The notes: generated by a model not told the origin, from the letters alone. Counted from the first letter of the stretch, positions 28,625 through 36,782 are shown. The stretch is DNA of 64,000 nucleotides from Bacteroidales bacterium (GCA_045130235.1 JBGUPJ010000021.1:256875-320874), one strand, 5' to 3'. Numbers and translations are program-made.

Positions 28625-29085
28625 TGAAGAAAATCTTACTGGTTTGCCTATTGGCTTTAAGTGGAATAGTCTTTGTATCATGTCGATACAATGAAGGGCC
28701 ATGGATTAGTTTCATTAAGCCTGAAGAACGGCTGGTGGGCTATTGGAAGTTGGCCGATGTGTATTGTAATGGAACGAAAGTCGATTCCGCCACCGTGTTC
28801 GCCAATAAGGCGGGCAATTATTACGCCTTCTTCTTTGAGGGAATGGTGTCGGTTTCGGCATTGGATACCACGATGAACCGTTGGGAAGAGTCGGACTACG
28901 GTGGCTGGCAGTTCGAGAACCATTGCAAAGAAATCTATGTGACTTTCTCCCTCAAACATCGCAAATATGAATATACGGCTACCATCAAGCGCCTCACCCG
29001 CGACGACCTCATATATGAGTATAACGACAACAACGGCGACCTCTGGCGCTTAGAGTTCGAAAGCCGCTCCACCATGTATTATTAA
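28621..29085 (+). CDS. Small lipoprotein, lipocalin-like domain (paralogous architecture)
   Basis: The 154-aa product has a lipobox in 'GIVFVSC|R'. It carries 'VGYWKLADVY' and 'KRLTRDDLIYEY'. A 4-nt ATGA overlap links it to the preceding lipoprotein gene. Confidence 0.65.
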   Translation: MMKKILLVCLLALSGIVFVSCRYNEGPWISFIKPEERLVGYWKLADVYCNGTKVDSATVFANKAGNYYAFFFEGMVSVSALDTTMNRWEESDYGGWQFENHCKEIYVTFSLKHRKYEYTATIKRLTRDDLIYEYNDNNGDLWRLEFESRSTMYY

Positions 29086-29136
29086 CTATTTACTATAAAT
29101 TATTAATTATTAACTATTAACTATTAACTATTAACT
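29081..29136 (+). repeat. Heptanucleotide tandem array (ATTAACT)8 filling the whole intergenic spacer
   Basis: The units are ATTAACT ATTTACT ATAAATT ATTAATT, then four perfect ATTAACT. The first unit contains the upstream stop codon (29083-85). The last unit abuts the ATG at 29137. Confidence 0.9.
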
Positions 29137-31293
29137 ATGAAAAAAGTCCTCCTCCTCACCGCCCTTATGATGGTTCGTTTCTTCGCCATGGCCGACGAAG
29201 GAATGTGGATTCCGCTTTTCTTGGGCTACAATGAAGCCGAAATGCAGCAGATGGGATTTCATCTTACTGCCGATGACGTGTATAGTGTCAATCACCATAG
29301 CATGAAAGATGGTATCGTGCTGTTCGGTGGCGGCTGTACCGGCGAACTGATTTCGCCCGACGGTCTGCTTATCACCAACCACCACTGCGGCTACAGCTAC
29401 GTGCAGGCGCACAGCAGCATGGAACACAATTACTTGCATAATGGATTCTGGTCAAAGAATCGCGATGAGGAGCTGGTAACGAAGGGCTTGACCGTTACGT
29501 TCTTGGTCTATATGGAAGATGTCACCACGAAGGTGCTGGAGGGTGTGACGGACGGTATGAGCGAATCGGAGCGCAATTCCAAAATCAAGAAGAATATTAA
29601 TGCTATTGAGAATGAGGCCGTTGAAGGCACGCATTATACGGCAAAAATCAAACCCTTCTATTATGGCAATCAGTATTTTCTGTTTGTGAATGAGGTATTT
29701 GAGGATGTGCGCCTCGTGGGCGTTCCGCCCGAAAGCATCGGCAAGTTCGGTGGCGATACCGACAACTGGATGTGGCCCCGCCATACCGGCGACTTCTCCC
29801 TCTGGCGTATCTATACCGACAAGGACGGCAATCCCGCTCCCTATTCTCCCGACAATATTCCGCTCAAATCGAAGAAATATTTCCCCATCTCCATCAAAGG
29901 CGTGAATGAGGGCGACTTTACCCTCGTTTTCGGCTATCCGGGAACTACCCAGCAGTTTCTGATCTCCGATGCGGTGGATATCAAGGCCAACGTGCAGAAC
30001 CCCATCGCCATCCATGCCCGCGACCTGCGCCTCGAAGCCATGAAACGCCAGATGGAAAAATCCACCGAAATCCGTTTGATGTACTCCGCCAAATCCAACA
30101 GCATCAGCAATGGATGGAAAAAATGGATAGGGGAGAGCAAAGGTATCAATGAATGTAAAGTGGTGGAAAAGAAAATTGCTGAAGAACAGGAGTTTATGAA
30201 ATGGGTAAATGCCTCTCCTGAACGCCAGAAGCAGTACGGCAGTCTTCTTTCCGACATGAAAAAAGTGTATGTCGATTATAAAAAGCAGGTCAAGTCGTTC
30301 ACCTTCCTCAGCGAGACCTTTATCGGGGTGGAACTCAACCGCTTCCTCTGCACGCAGGTGCATTGGTTCGCCTCCTGCTGTCCGTCTGATGTGTGGACCG
30401 ATGAGCAGTTTGAGAAAGGCAAGACCGAGTTGGCCGAGAAAGCCCGCTCATTCTTTAGCAATTATAATGTAGATATTGATTCAGAGTGTTTTGTGGAACT
30501 GATGTATTATTATTTCTCAGAACAAGATCCCGAACTCATTCCCGAAGGTTTGCGCAAATATATCAACATGCCCAAGAGCGAGTGGCAGGCTTTCTTGGAT
30601 CGTGAAAAGAAGAAGGCTCCCTATCTTTTTGATGGTGAAAAAATGCAGGAGCGCATCCAGAAGGCCAAGCGCAAAGATTGGGTGAAATTTTTGGATGATG
30701 AACTCTATCAGCTCGTTATGATCGCTTATAAGGCGTATGCCCAGAGTTATTATGCGATGGATGATACGGAAAAGCAGCTGGATTTGTACTATCGCACCTA
30801 CGTAAAGGCTTTGATGGAAAAAGATACCGACAAGACCTTCTATCCCGATGCCAACCTCACCATGCGTGTCACTTACGGCAACGTGAAGGGCTTTGAGCCT
30901 AATGATGGCGTGCGTTATACCCATTACACCACCCTTGCCGGCGTGATTGCCAAGGACAACCCTGACATCTTCGACTACAAGGTGGATCCGAAGCTGAAGG
31001 AGTTGTTTGCCAAGCATGATTTCGGCCCGTATGCCAACGAAAAGGGCGAGCTGCCGGTATGTTTTATCGCCAGCAACCACACCACGGGCGGCAATTCCGG
31101 CAGTCCGGTCATCGATGCTGACGGCAACCTCATCGGTATCAATTTCGACCGTGTGTGGCAGGGCACTATGAGCGACATCAACTACGACGTGAACCGCTGC
31201 CGCAACATCTCCTTGGACGTGCGCTATTTCCTCTTCATCGTTGACAAGTTCGCCGGCGCGCAGAACATCATCGATGAGCTGGACATCCGGTAA
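29137..31293 (+). CDS. S46 family dipeptidyl-peptidase, DPP11-like
   Basis: The 718-aa product has a signal peptide followed by 'ADEGMWIP'. The His motif is 'LITNHHCGY' and the Ser motif is 'TTGGNSGSPVIDADGNLIGINFDR'. An Arg lies 18 residues after the catalytic Ser, as in DPP11; DPP7 has Gly there. Confidence 0.88.
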   Translation: MKKVLLLTALMMVRFFAMADEGMWIPLFLGYNEAEMQQMGFHLTADDVYSVNHHSMKDGIVLFGGGCTGELISPDGLLITNHHCGYSYVQAHSSMEHNYLHNGFWSKNRDEELVTKGLTVTFLVYMEDVTTKVLEGVTDGMSESERNSKIKKNINAIENEAVEGTHYTAKIKPFYYGNQYFLFVNEVFEDVRLVGVPPESIGKFGGDTDNWMWPRHTGDFSLWRIYTDKDGNPAPYSPDNIPLKSKKYFPISIKGVNEGDFTLVFGYPGTTQQFLISDAVDIKANVQNPIAIHARDLRLEAMKRQMEKSTEIRLMYSAKSNSISNGWKKWIGESKGINECKVVEKKIAEEQEFMKWVNASPERQKQYGSLLSDMKKVYVDYKKQVKSFTFLSETFIGVELNRFLCTQVHWFASCCPSDVWTDEQFEKGKTELAEKARSFFSNYNVDIDSECFVELMYYYFSEQDPELIPEGLRKYINMPKSEWQAFLDREKKKAPYLFDGEKMQERIQKAKRKDWVKFLDDELYQLVMIAYKAYAQSYYAMDDTEKQLDLYYRTYVKALMEKDTDKTFYPDANLTMRVTYGNVKGFEPNDGVRYTHYTTLAGVIAKDNPDIFDYKVDPKLKELFAKHDFGPYANEKGELPVCFIASNHTTGGNSGSPVIDADGNLIGINFDRVWQGTMSDINYDVNRCRNISLDVRYFLFIVDKFAGAQNIIDELDIR

Positions 31294-31319
31294 TGCCGGC
31301 ATCGAAACCAAAGCCGGCA
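31294..31319 (+). terminator. Candidate terminator hairpin of the S46 peptidase gene
   Basis: TGCCGGC-(12 nt)-GCCGGCA starts immediately after the TAA at 31291-93. Confidence 0.4.
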
Positions 31320-31360
31320 TCTCCGACGTGAAGTTCGTGAAGGGGGAGTGATTTTGCTTC

Positions 31361-31377
31361 GTGTGCCAAAGGCACAC
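31361..31377. terminator. Hairpin between convergent genes (possible bidirectional terminator)
   Basis: GTGTGCC-AAA-GGCACAC lies between the S46 gene stop (31293) and the ATPase gene stop (31434). Confidence 0.35.
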
Positions 31378-31433
31378 ACTCCTAGTAACCCCACTCAAAC
31401 GAAGTGTAATTAGACTCGTTGTTGAGGCCTGTC

Positions 31434-32684
31434 CTATCGGTCTATAACAGTTTCATCCGTAAGAAAATCAAACAGGCTGAGATTGAGAAAACCATTGTCG
31501 TCGTAATACGGAAGAATGGGGTCTTTTTGTACTAAAATTTTTTTGAAGGAGTCGTTGATATGCCGTAAGGACTTTGTCTCCTGTTGGCGCTTTTCCTCGT
31601 CATACAAAGCGTATGCGGATTGTATGTAGTATCGCTGGCTGCCTCTGTTGCACACGAAATCAACTTCAAATTGTTTTCTTTTCGATTTTCCGTCTTCCTT
31701 GCAGTTTACTTCCACCATTCCTACATCCACCGACATTTCCCTCATCCTGAGTTCGTTATAAATAACATTCTCCATAATGTGTCCGTAGTCGTTCTGCCGG
31801 AAGTTCAGTCGGGCATTACGCAGACCTACATCCACAAAATAGTACTTCATGGGCGTGCCGATATAGTGTCTGCCCCTCACATCATACCGTTGGACCTTTT
31901 CTATGAGAAATGCATCCTGCATATATTGCAGGTATGAGGCAACGGTATCGCGTGTTATGTGCATCTTTTTTTCAGAAATAAAGGTGTTGGTCAATGTCAG
32001 TGGATTGGTCAGAGTGCCGATGGTGGAGGCCACCACATTCATCAGTTCCTCCATTTCCTCATTGCCGCGCAGGTTATAGCGTGAAATGATGTCTTGGAAA
32101 TAAGTTTGAGAGAACAGGGCTTGCAGATAGGAGGCTTTTCGATTTTCACTGCTGATGGCCAGCAGTCCTGGCATACCTCCATAAACTTGGTAATTGTTCC
32201 ATGCTTCGGATTCAGTGCCGTCAAACACTGACAAAAATTCAGGAAACGAGAGGGGATACACCCTCACCTCATCGCCTCTGCCACGGAATTCAGTGATAAT
32301 GTCTGAGGAAAGAAATTTTGAATTGGACCCAGTGACGTAAGTGTCTGCATTGGGAATATGGAGGAAACCGTTCAGCAGGTATTCAAAGTTCTGCACAAGT
32401 TGGATTTCATCAAGAAGTATGTAGTACATGTCCTTGTCCACAATTCTGGCTCTGACATATTGGTTCAGATTGTCTGGGTTAAGATATTCTCTGTTTTGGT
32501 AATCGTCCAAAGCAAATGAGATGATATGGTCTTCTTGCACGCCCAGTTCCATCAGTTTGCGTTTGAACAGATTGAAAAGCAGATAGGACTTGCCGCATCT
32601 GCGCACCCCTGTGACAATCTTTATCAAGCCGTTGTTCCTGCGTTCCAGCAGGGATGAAATGTACCGTTCTCTTTTGGCTTCCAT
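31434..32684 (-). CDS. AAA+ ATPase with C-terminal DUF4143-like domain
   Basis: Walker A is 'GVRRCGKSYLL' and Walker B is 'YYILLDEIQ'. The N-terminus 'MEAKRERYISSLLERRNNGLIKIVTG' is typical of this family. I placed the start at Met12 of ORF 31434..32717 so that the -7 box at 32730 sits at a sensible distance. Confidence 0.8.
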   Translation of the reverse strand: MEAKRERYISSLLERRNNGLIKIVTGVRRCGKSYLLFNLFKRKLMELGVQEDHIISFALDDYQNREYLNPDNLNQYVRARIVDKDMYYILLDEIQLVQNFEYLLNGFLHIPNADTYVTGSNSKFLSSDIITEFRGRGDEVRVYPLSFPEFLSVFDGTESEAWNNYQVYGGMPGLLAISSENRKASYLQALFSQTYFQDIISRYNLRGNEEMEELMNVVASTIGTLTNPLTLTNTFISEKKMHITRDTVASYLQYMQDAFLIEKVQRYDVRGRHYIGTPMKYYFVDVGLRNARLNFRQNDYGHIMENVIYNELRMREMSVDVGMVEVNCKEDGKSKRKQFEVDFVCNRGSQRYYIQSAYALYDEEKRQQETKSLRHINDSFKKILVQKDPILPYYDDNGFLNLSLFDFLTDETVIDR

Positions 32685-32729
32685 AATTCTATTCGTTTTT
32701 TTTGCGTAAATACGCATTTTTTACGACTG

Positions 32730-32737
32730 CAAAAATA
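32730..32737 (-). promoter_or_regulatory. Bacteroides-type -7 box (TATTTTTG) for the AAA+ ATPase gene
   Basis: Plus-strand CAAAAATA lies 46 nt upstream of the ATG at 32684. Confidence 0.4.
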
Positions 32738-32765
32738 CATCATTTTCTTGAATTGCAATAAAAGG

Positions 32766-32800
32766 TTTTCAATTTTCATTTTTCAATTCTCAATTCTCAA
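32766..32800 (+). repeat. Heptanucleotide tandem array, locus C
   Basis: The units are TTTTCAA TTTTCAT TTTTCAA TTCTCAA TTCTCAA. The shared module TTTATTCGTATCTTTGCACC follows directly. Confidence 0.9.
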
Positions 32801-32808
32801 TTTATTCG

Positions 32809-32816
32809 TATCTTTG
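32809..32816 (+). promoter_or_regulatory. Bacteroides-type -7 box (TATCTTTG) for the T9SS cargo gene
   Basis: Exact TAnnTTTG match 37 nt upstream of the ATG at 32853, directly downstream of heptamer array C. Confidence 0.5.
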
Positions 32817-32852
32817 CACCCACATCTTCCACCCTATAAAATCCCACCCATT

Positions 32853-34889
32853 ATGAAAAGACCCCTTATCCCCTTCCTTGCATTGACCGTATTGTTCGTT
32901 TCTGCCGCCACCGCCCAGGGCGAGTGGAAATGGGCGCACTACTGGACCGGACAAGACGGAAATTCTCCTGGTGATTACTATAACAAGATCATTAATACTG
33001 CCTTTGATGATGAGGGCAACATCTATGTGTATGGCACAATGGGGGGAAGTGCTGCCTTTGACGGCAATACTTTTGCTTTTTCATCAGATGCAGAAGTCCT
33101 TAATGGACACATGCGCCCTTCACTTTTAGCGAAATTTGATACGACAGGAAATATGCAGTGGTATAAGGTTGTAAAGTGCAGTCATAGTGAAGCTATTCCA
33201 CTATGGATGGAAGTAGTGGATGATAAAGTGTTTGTTTCGGGTGATTGTTCAATTTATGGGAGTGATGTCAATGCGTGGTTATATTATATGGATACCTTGA
33301 TTACGAAGTATCAAATTAGTTCGATTCCACAGAATATACAGAAACCGCCTTTCGCATTCGGTCATTGGACATGGTTCGCACAATTTGATTTGAATGGAAA
33401 TCTTTTGGACAATCATTTTGTACAGACTTTTTCAAGAGAATCATTATATGGCAATAGATTAGTTGGGTCTTTGACCAATAGCGTTTTACCAACGCCATGC
33501 CATACTGACAATGACGGAAATTATTACATATTCACTCCTATCCAATACTATGGCGTTGAGAGTGCCCCCTATACCATAGTGGTGGATGGTGATTCTGACA
33601 AGACGTATGATATATATTTGCCGGGCAATGCGGATCCGTCGTGTACCCAATCGTGTTTGAATAATGCAATGTTGTACAAATTCTCACCTGATGGGGACTT
33701 GCTGTTTGCCAAAACTCTTGTGGACAGCACTGATGGAATTGCACCGTCATACAATATATGTGATACCATAAACCGGTATTTTTATACCTATTTCAAAGGT
33801 ATGTCATTTGATGAGGATGACAATATGTATGTATCGGGTTATGTGCGCTTGGCACAGCATTTGAATGGTCACGGGGGAGAATTACACGAATACCCCGTGC
33901 ATATATGGTGGGACAGCACGCATTGTCTGACCATAAACGACATCTCTTCTGCAGCATTTTGCAACTTCATCATCAAATACGACACGAGTGGCAATGTCGT
34001 CTGGTGCAACCAAGCATACACTCGAGTCGCATCTTCGGATATTTTTGCTCAGACTCACTTCTATGGTAGTTCTGTACACGATAATTCAGTATTTGTTTGT
34101 GGGGATGCAGAAGACCTTTTCAATGCAGGTTCCGTGATCTATTTCAATAACGATACTGACGATTTCATAGACCGATTTGCGCCAGAGCAACAGACACGGG
34201 GTTTTTATGTTGAATTTGACAGAAATAATGGTTCATATGTACGTCATTCAATTATTCCAAACAACACATTGTCTGTATTAGGACAAAACTCATTTGCGAA
34301 GCCTGCCGTCAGTAACAACCAAATAGTCATTTCTGCAAGTGTAGATTTCTCCGACAAAAAATTTGGATTGGCAAGATGGTGTACCAGTGGGGATTTTATA
34401 GACTATACACCGATAACTTCGTTTCCGGATCAAATGATAGGTACAGGACCTACCATTTTGAATGACAATGGTTTTGTTATAGTCTCTCCTCAAATAAAAG
34501 GAAGTATTGCATTCAGTGAAGATGTTGTTGTTAATGGAGATGCGGAGCACTCCAATGCTGTCTTTGCCCTGTACCACGATCCGAGATTTGCGGAGCCCTT
34601 CGTGCCGGATGATACCGTGGGCATTGACGACTATTACCGGAACCGCGAAAGCGACATCTATCTCTACCCCAACCCCACCCACGGCACCACCACCGTGTGC
34701 GGCTACATGTACGGGTACCAGAACATCGAACTGTACGATCTGCAGGGACGGAAATTGGGGAATCTGGTGGAGAATGGTTCACAAATACCCACATTGGATT
34801 TGTCGCCCTATCCCGCCGGTACCTACCTCGTGAGAATCAATTTCGCCCGCGGCGTCAGCGTGACGCGGAAGGTGGTGAAGGGGGACTAA
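32853..34889 (+). CDS. T9SS type-A CTD protein, beta-propeller-like repeats, function unknown
   Basis: The signal peptide is 'MKRPLIPFLALTVLFVSAATAQ'. Strands of the type '(N)xYVxG' recur (NIYVYGTMGG, KVFVSGDCS, NMYVSGYVR, SVFVCGDAE). The C-terminus 'IYLYPNPTHGTTTV...IELYDLQGRKL...LDLSPYPAGTYLVRINF...RKVVKGD' matches the Por secretion tail (TIGR04183-like). The listed ORF begins at a TTG at 32748, inside the repeat array, so I trimmed it to 32853. Confidence 0.8.
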   Translation: MKRPLIPFLALTVLFVSAATAQGEWKWAHYWTGQDGNSPGDYYNKIINTAFDDEGNIYVYGTMGGSAAFDGNTFAFSSDAEVLNGHMRPSLLAKFDTTGNMQWYKVVKCSHSEAIPLWMEVVDDKVFVSGDCSIYGSDVNAWLYYMDTLITKYQISSIPQNIQKPPFAFGHWTWFAQFDLNGNLLDNHFVQTFSRESLYGNRLVGSLTNSVLPTPCHTDNDGNYYIFTPIQYYGVESAPYTIVVDGDSDKTYDIYLPGNADPSCTQSCLNNAMLYKFSPDGDLLFAKTLVDSTDGIAPSYNICDTINRYFYTYFKGMSFDEDDNMYVSGYVRLAQHLNGHGGELHEYPVHIWWDSTHCLTINDISSAAFCNFIIKYDTSGNVVWCNQAYTRVASSDIFAQTHFYGSSVHDNSVFVCGDAEDLFNAGSVIYFNNDTDDFIDRFAPEQQTRGFYVEFDRNNGSYVRHSIIPNNTLSVLGQNSFAKPAVSNNQIVISASVDFSDKKFGLARWCTSGDFIDYTPITSFPDQMIGTGPTILNDNGFVIVSPQIKGSIAFSEDVVVNGDAEHSNAVFALYHDPRFAEPFVPDDTVGIDDYYRNRESDIYLYPNPTHGTTTVCGYMYGYQNIELYDLQGRKLGNLVENGSQIPTLDLSPYPAGTYLVRINFARGVSVTRKVVKGD

Positions 34890-35290
34890 TTTTGCTATTT
34901 TAAGAAAAATTATACTTTTGCAACCTCATTACAAGCGAAACAGCTTCTACCGTTATTTAACTTCAAAATACTATGAAAGAGATGGATAAGAAACGAATTA
35001 CATCCCAAGATGAGTCGATTGTGCAACAAAATAAATTTTATTACCTTTTATATTAAAATAATACGTACTTTTGCCGTGTTATTTATAAACAAAAGGTAAA
35101 GCTGTGAGTCATTCGAAAATTATGCTTACACCAAGCGATCAAAGTCAGCAAGGCATGGAAGAACAGTATTGGCGGACATCTTCCGGCGGAACAGTTGCCG
35201 CAGTTTGATGACGTCATCCGTGATCTGAAACAATTCTGTGCTGATAGGGAATGGTAGGTTATAATGTAAATGACAATTGAAGTATCGCAA

Positions 35291-35318
35291 TTTTCAATTC
35301 TCAATTTTCATTTTTCAA
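35291..35318 (+). repeat. Heptanucleotide tandem array, locus D
   Basis: The units are TTTTCAA TTCTCAA TTTTCAT TTTTCAA. The shared module TTTATTCGTATTTTTGCACC follows directly. Confidence 0.9.
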
Positions 35319-35326
35319 TTTATTCG

Positions 35327-35334
35327 TATTTTTG
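35327..35334 (+). promoter_or_regulatory. Bacteroides-type -7 box (TATTTTTG) for the acyltransferase gene
   Basis: Exact TAnnTTTG match 47 nt upstream of the GTG at 35381. Confidence 0.5.
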
Positions 35335-35380
35335 CACCACCAAAAACCATCCCTTTTGTGGATGATAAATTACGACAGCT

Positions 35381-36775
35381 GTGATAAGTTTTGATAAAAT
35401 CAACCAATTCGACCCCGTCTATCAATTTTTTAATTGGTTTTTTAGAATTGACCATAACTATATCTATTACAAAAAGATACAGGTAATCGGGTATGAGAAT
35501 GTACCGCCGAAAGGTTATCCTATTTTTGCCATCTCGAACCACACCAATGCCGTGATGGATCCGCTGGCCATGCTCTACCTTTACAAGGATCACCGCCAGC
35601 CGGTTTTCATCGCTCGTGGCGACGTTTTCAAAAAAGGCAATTTCATCGCCCGACTGCTGCGCTTTCTGAAGATTTTGCCCACTTTCCGCTCTCGTGACGG
35701 CGGCCGCAGCGATATCCGCAGCAATCTCGACACCTTCGACCTCGCCGCCCGCATCCTCGGCGAAGGCGGCACCCTCACCATGTTTCCTGAGGCAGGGCAC
35801 CAGGCCGGCAAGTTCTTTAACACCTTCAAGAAAGGATTCCCCCGTGTGGCCTTCCTCGCTGCCGAAAAGTCTGACTATCAGTTGGATTTCAAAATCCTGC
35901 CCATGTATGTCTATTATACCGACTATTTCAATATGCGGGGAACTCAGGTGATGGTGATCGGTGAGCCGTTTTCCATTGATGAATTTTATGAACTTTATAA
36001 AACGGAACCCAACAAGGCTTTTCTCCTGATGAACGAGAAAGCTCGCGAGGCGGTGCGTTCCCTCGGCATTGATGTGACCGACCATGAGGCGCATTATCCG
36101 CAGTATGAGACTCTTTTCAAGGTGTGCCGCTCCACCATTCTCTCCGACCCGCACGCCTTCGACGGCATGGAGCTGCGTGGCACCGAGCGCGACCGAAAGG
36201 CGGGGATGCCTTATCGGCAACTGCTGTCGGACAAGAAGTTAGTGGCCGTGCTGGAGCGTATGCGCGACGAGCATCCCGACCGTTACGAGCAGCTGATGGC
36301 CGACACCGCCGAGTATGCCGCCGGACTGAAGCAGCTGCGCCTCCGCGACTGGGAGCTGGAACGCCCCATCACCGGCGGCAACGTAGCAGGGAAAGGGTTG
36401 CTGCTTCTGCTCACCGCTCCCTTCGCGCTTGTGGGTTTCTTGGGCAATATCATTCCGTTCCAGGCGGTTCAGTTCCTGAAGCGCAACCTCGAGGACCCGA
36501 TGTTCCGTTCCACCTTGAATTTCGTGCCCGGCCTTATCTTCTTCCGCTTGTGGTACCTGATCTTGTTCATCCTCGTCATGATTTTCACCCAATGGTGGAT
36601 CGGCCTCATCGCGGTCGTAGTGGCCTTTTTGACCTTTATTCCTTTCTATGAATGGAAAAAAGCCGCCATCAAGTGGTTGAGTATGTGTCGTTTCCGCCGT
36701 TATGAGCGCAAGGGAAATGCCTTACTCGCCAAGCTGAAAGATTTGCGGAAAAAGCTGATAGAGACGATTTTCTAA
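35381..36775 (+). CDS. Lysophospholipid / 1-acyl-sn-glycerol-3-phosphate acyltransferase family protein with C-terminal membrane domain
   Basis: The H(X)4D motif is 'SNHTNAVMD', and 'MFPEAGH' is also present. There are C-terminal TM helices ('LLLLLTAPFALVGFLGNIIPF', 'LILFILVMIFTQWWIGLIAVVVAFLTFIPF'). The start is uncertain: it is a GTG, and there is no in-frame ATG near the 5' end. Confidence 0.7.
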   Translation: MISFDKINQFDPVYQFFNWFFRIDHNYIYYKKIQVIGYENVPPKGYPIFAISNHTNAVMDPLAMLYLYKDHRQPVFIARGDVFKKGNFIARLLRFLKILPTFRSRDGGRSDIRSNLDTFDLAARILGEGGTLTMFPEAGHQAGKFFNTFKKGFPRVAFLAAEKSDYQLDFKILPMYVYYTDYFNMRGTQVMVIGEPFSIDEFYELYKTEPNKAFLLMNEKAREAVRSLGIDVTDHEAHYPQYETLFKVCRSTILSDPHAFDGMELRGTERDRKAGMPYRQLLSDKKLVAVLERMRDEHPDRYEQLMADTAEYAAGLKQLRLRDWELERPITGGNVAGKGLLLLLTAPFALVGFLGNIIPFQAVQFLKRNLEDPMFRSTLNFVPGLIFFRLWYLILFILVMIFTQWWIGLIAVVVAFLTFIPFYEWKKAAIKWLSMCRFRRYERKGNALLAKLKDLRKKLIETIF

Positions 36776-36782
36776 TCGGGGG

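Noticed and set aside
32748-32852. The ORF track gives N-terminal extensions for 32748, 38785, 49048, 61639..61731, 42145..42174, 42300..42329 and 32685..32717.
   Set aside because: Each extension runs through promoter boxes or repeats, and each precedes an internal Met followed by a canonical signal peptide or family N-terminus. I trimmed the starts accordingly.
35315-36651. Long alternative-frame ORFs lie within the acyltransferase gene (35315..36220 minus; 36124..36651 plus, Arg/Ala-rich) and within murC (37963..38661 and 37991..38788).
   Set aside because: These are shadow frames of GC-rich coding DNA. They have low-complexity composition and no motifs.
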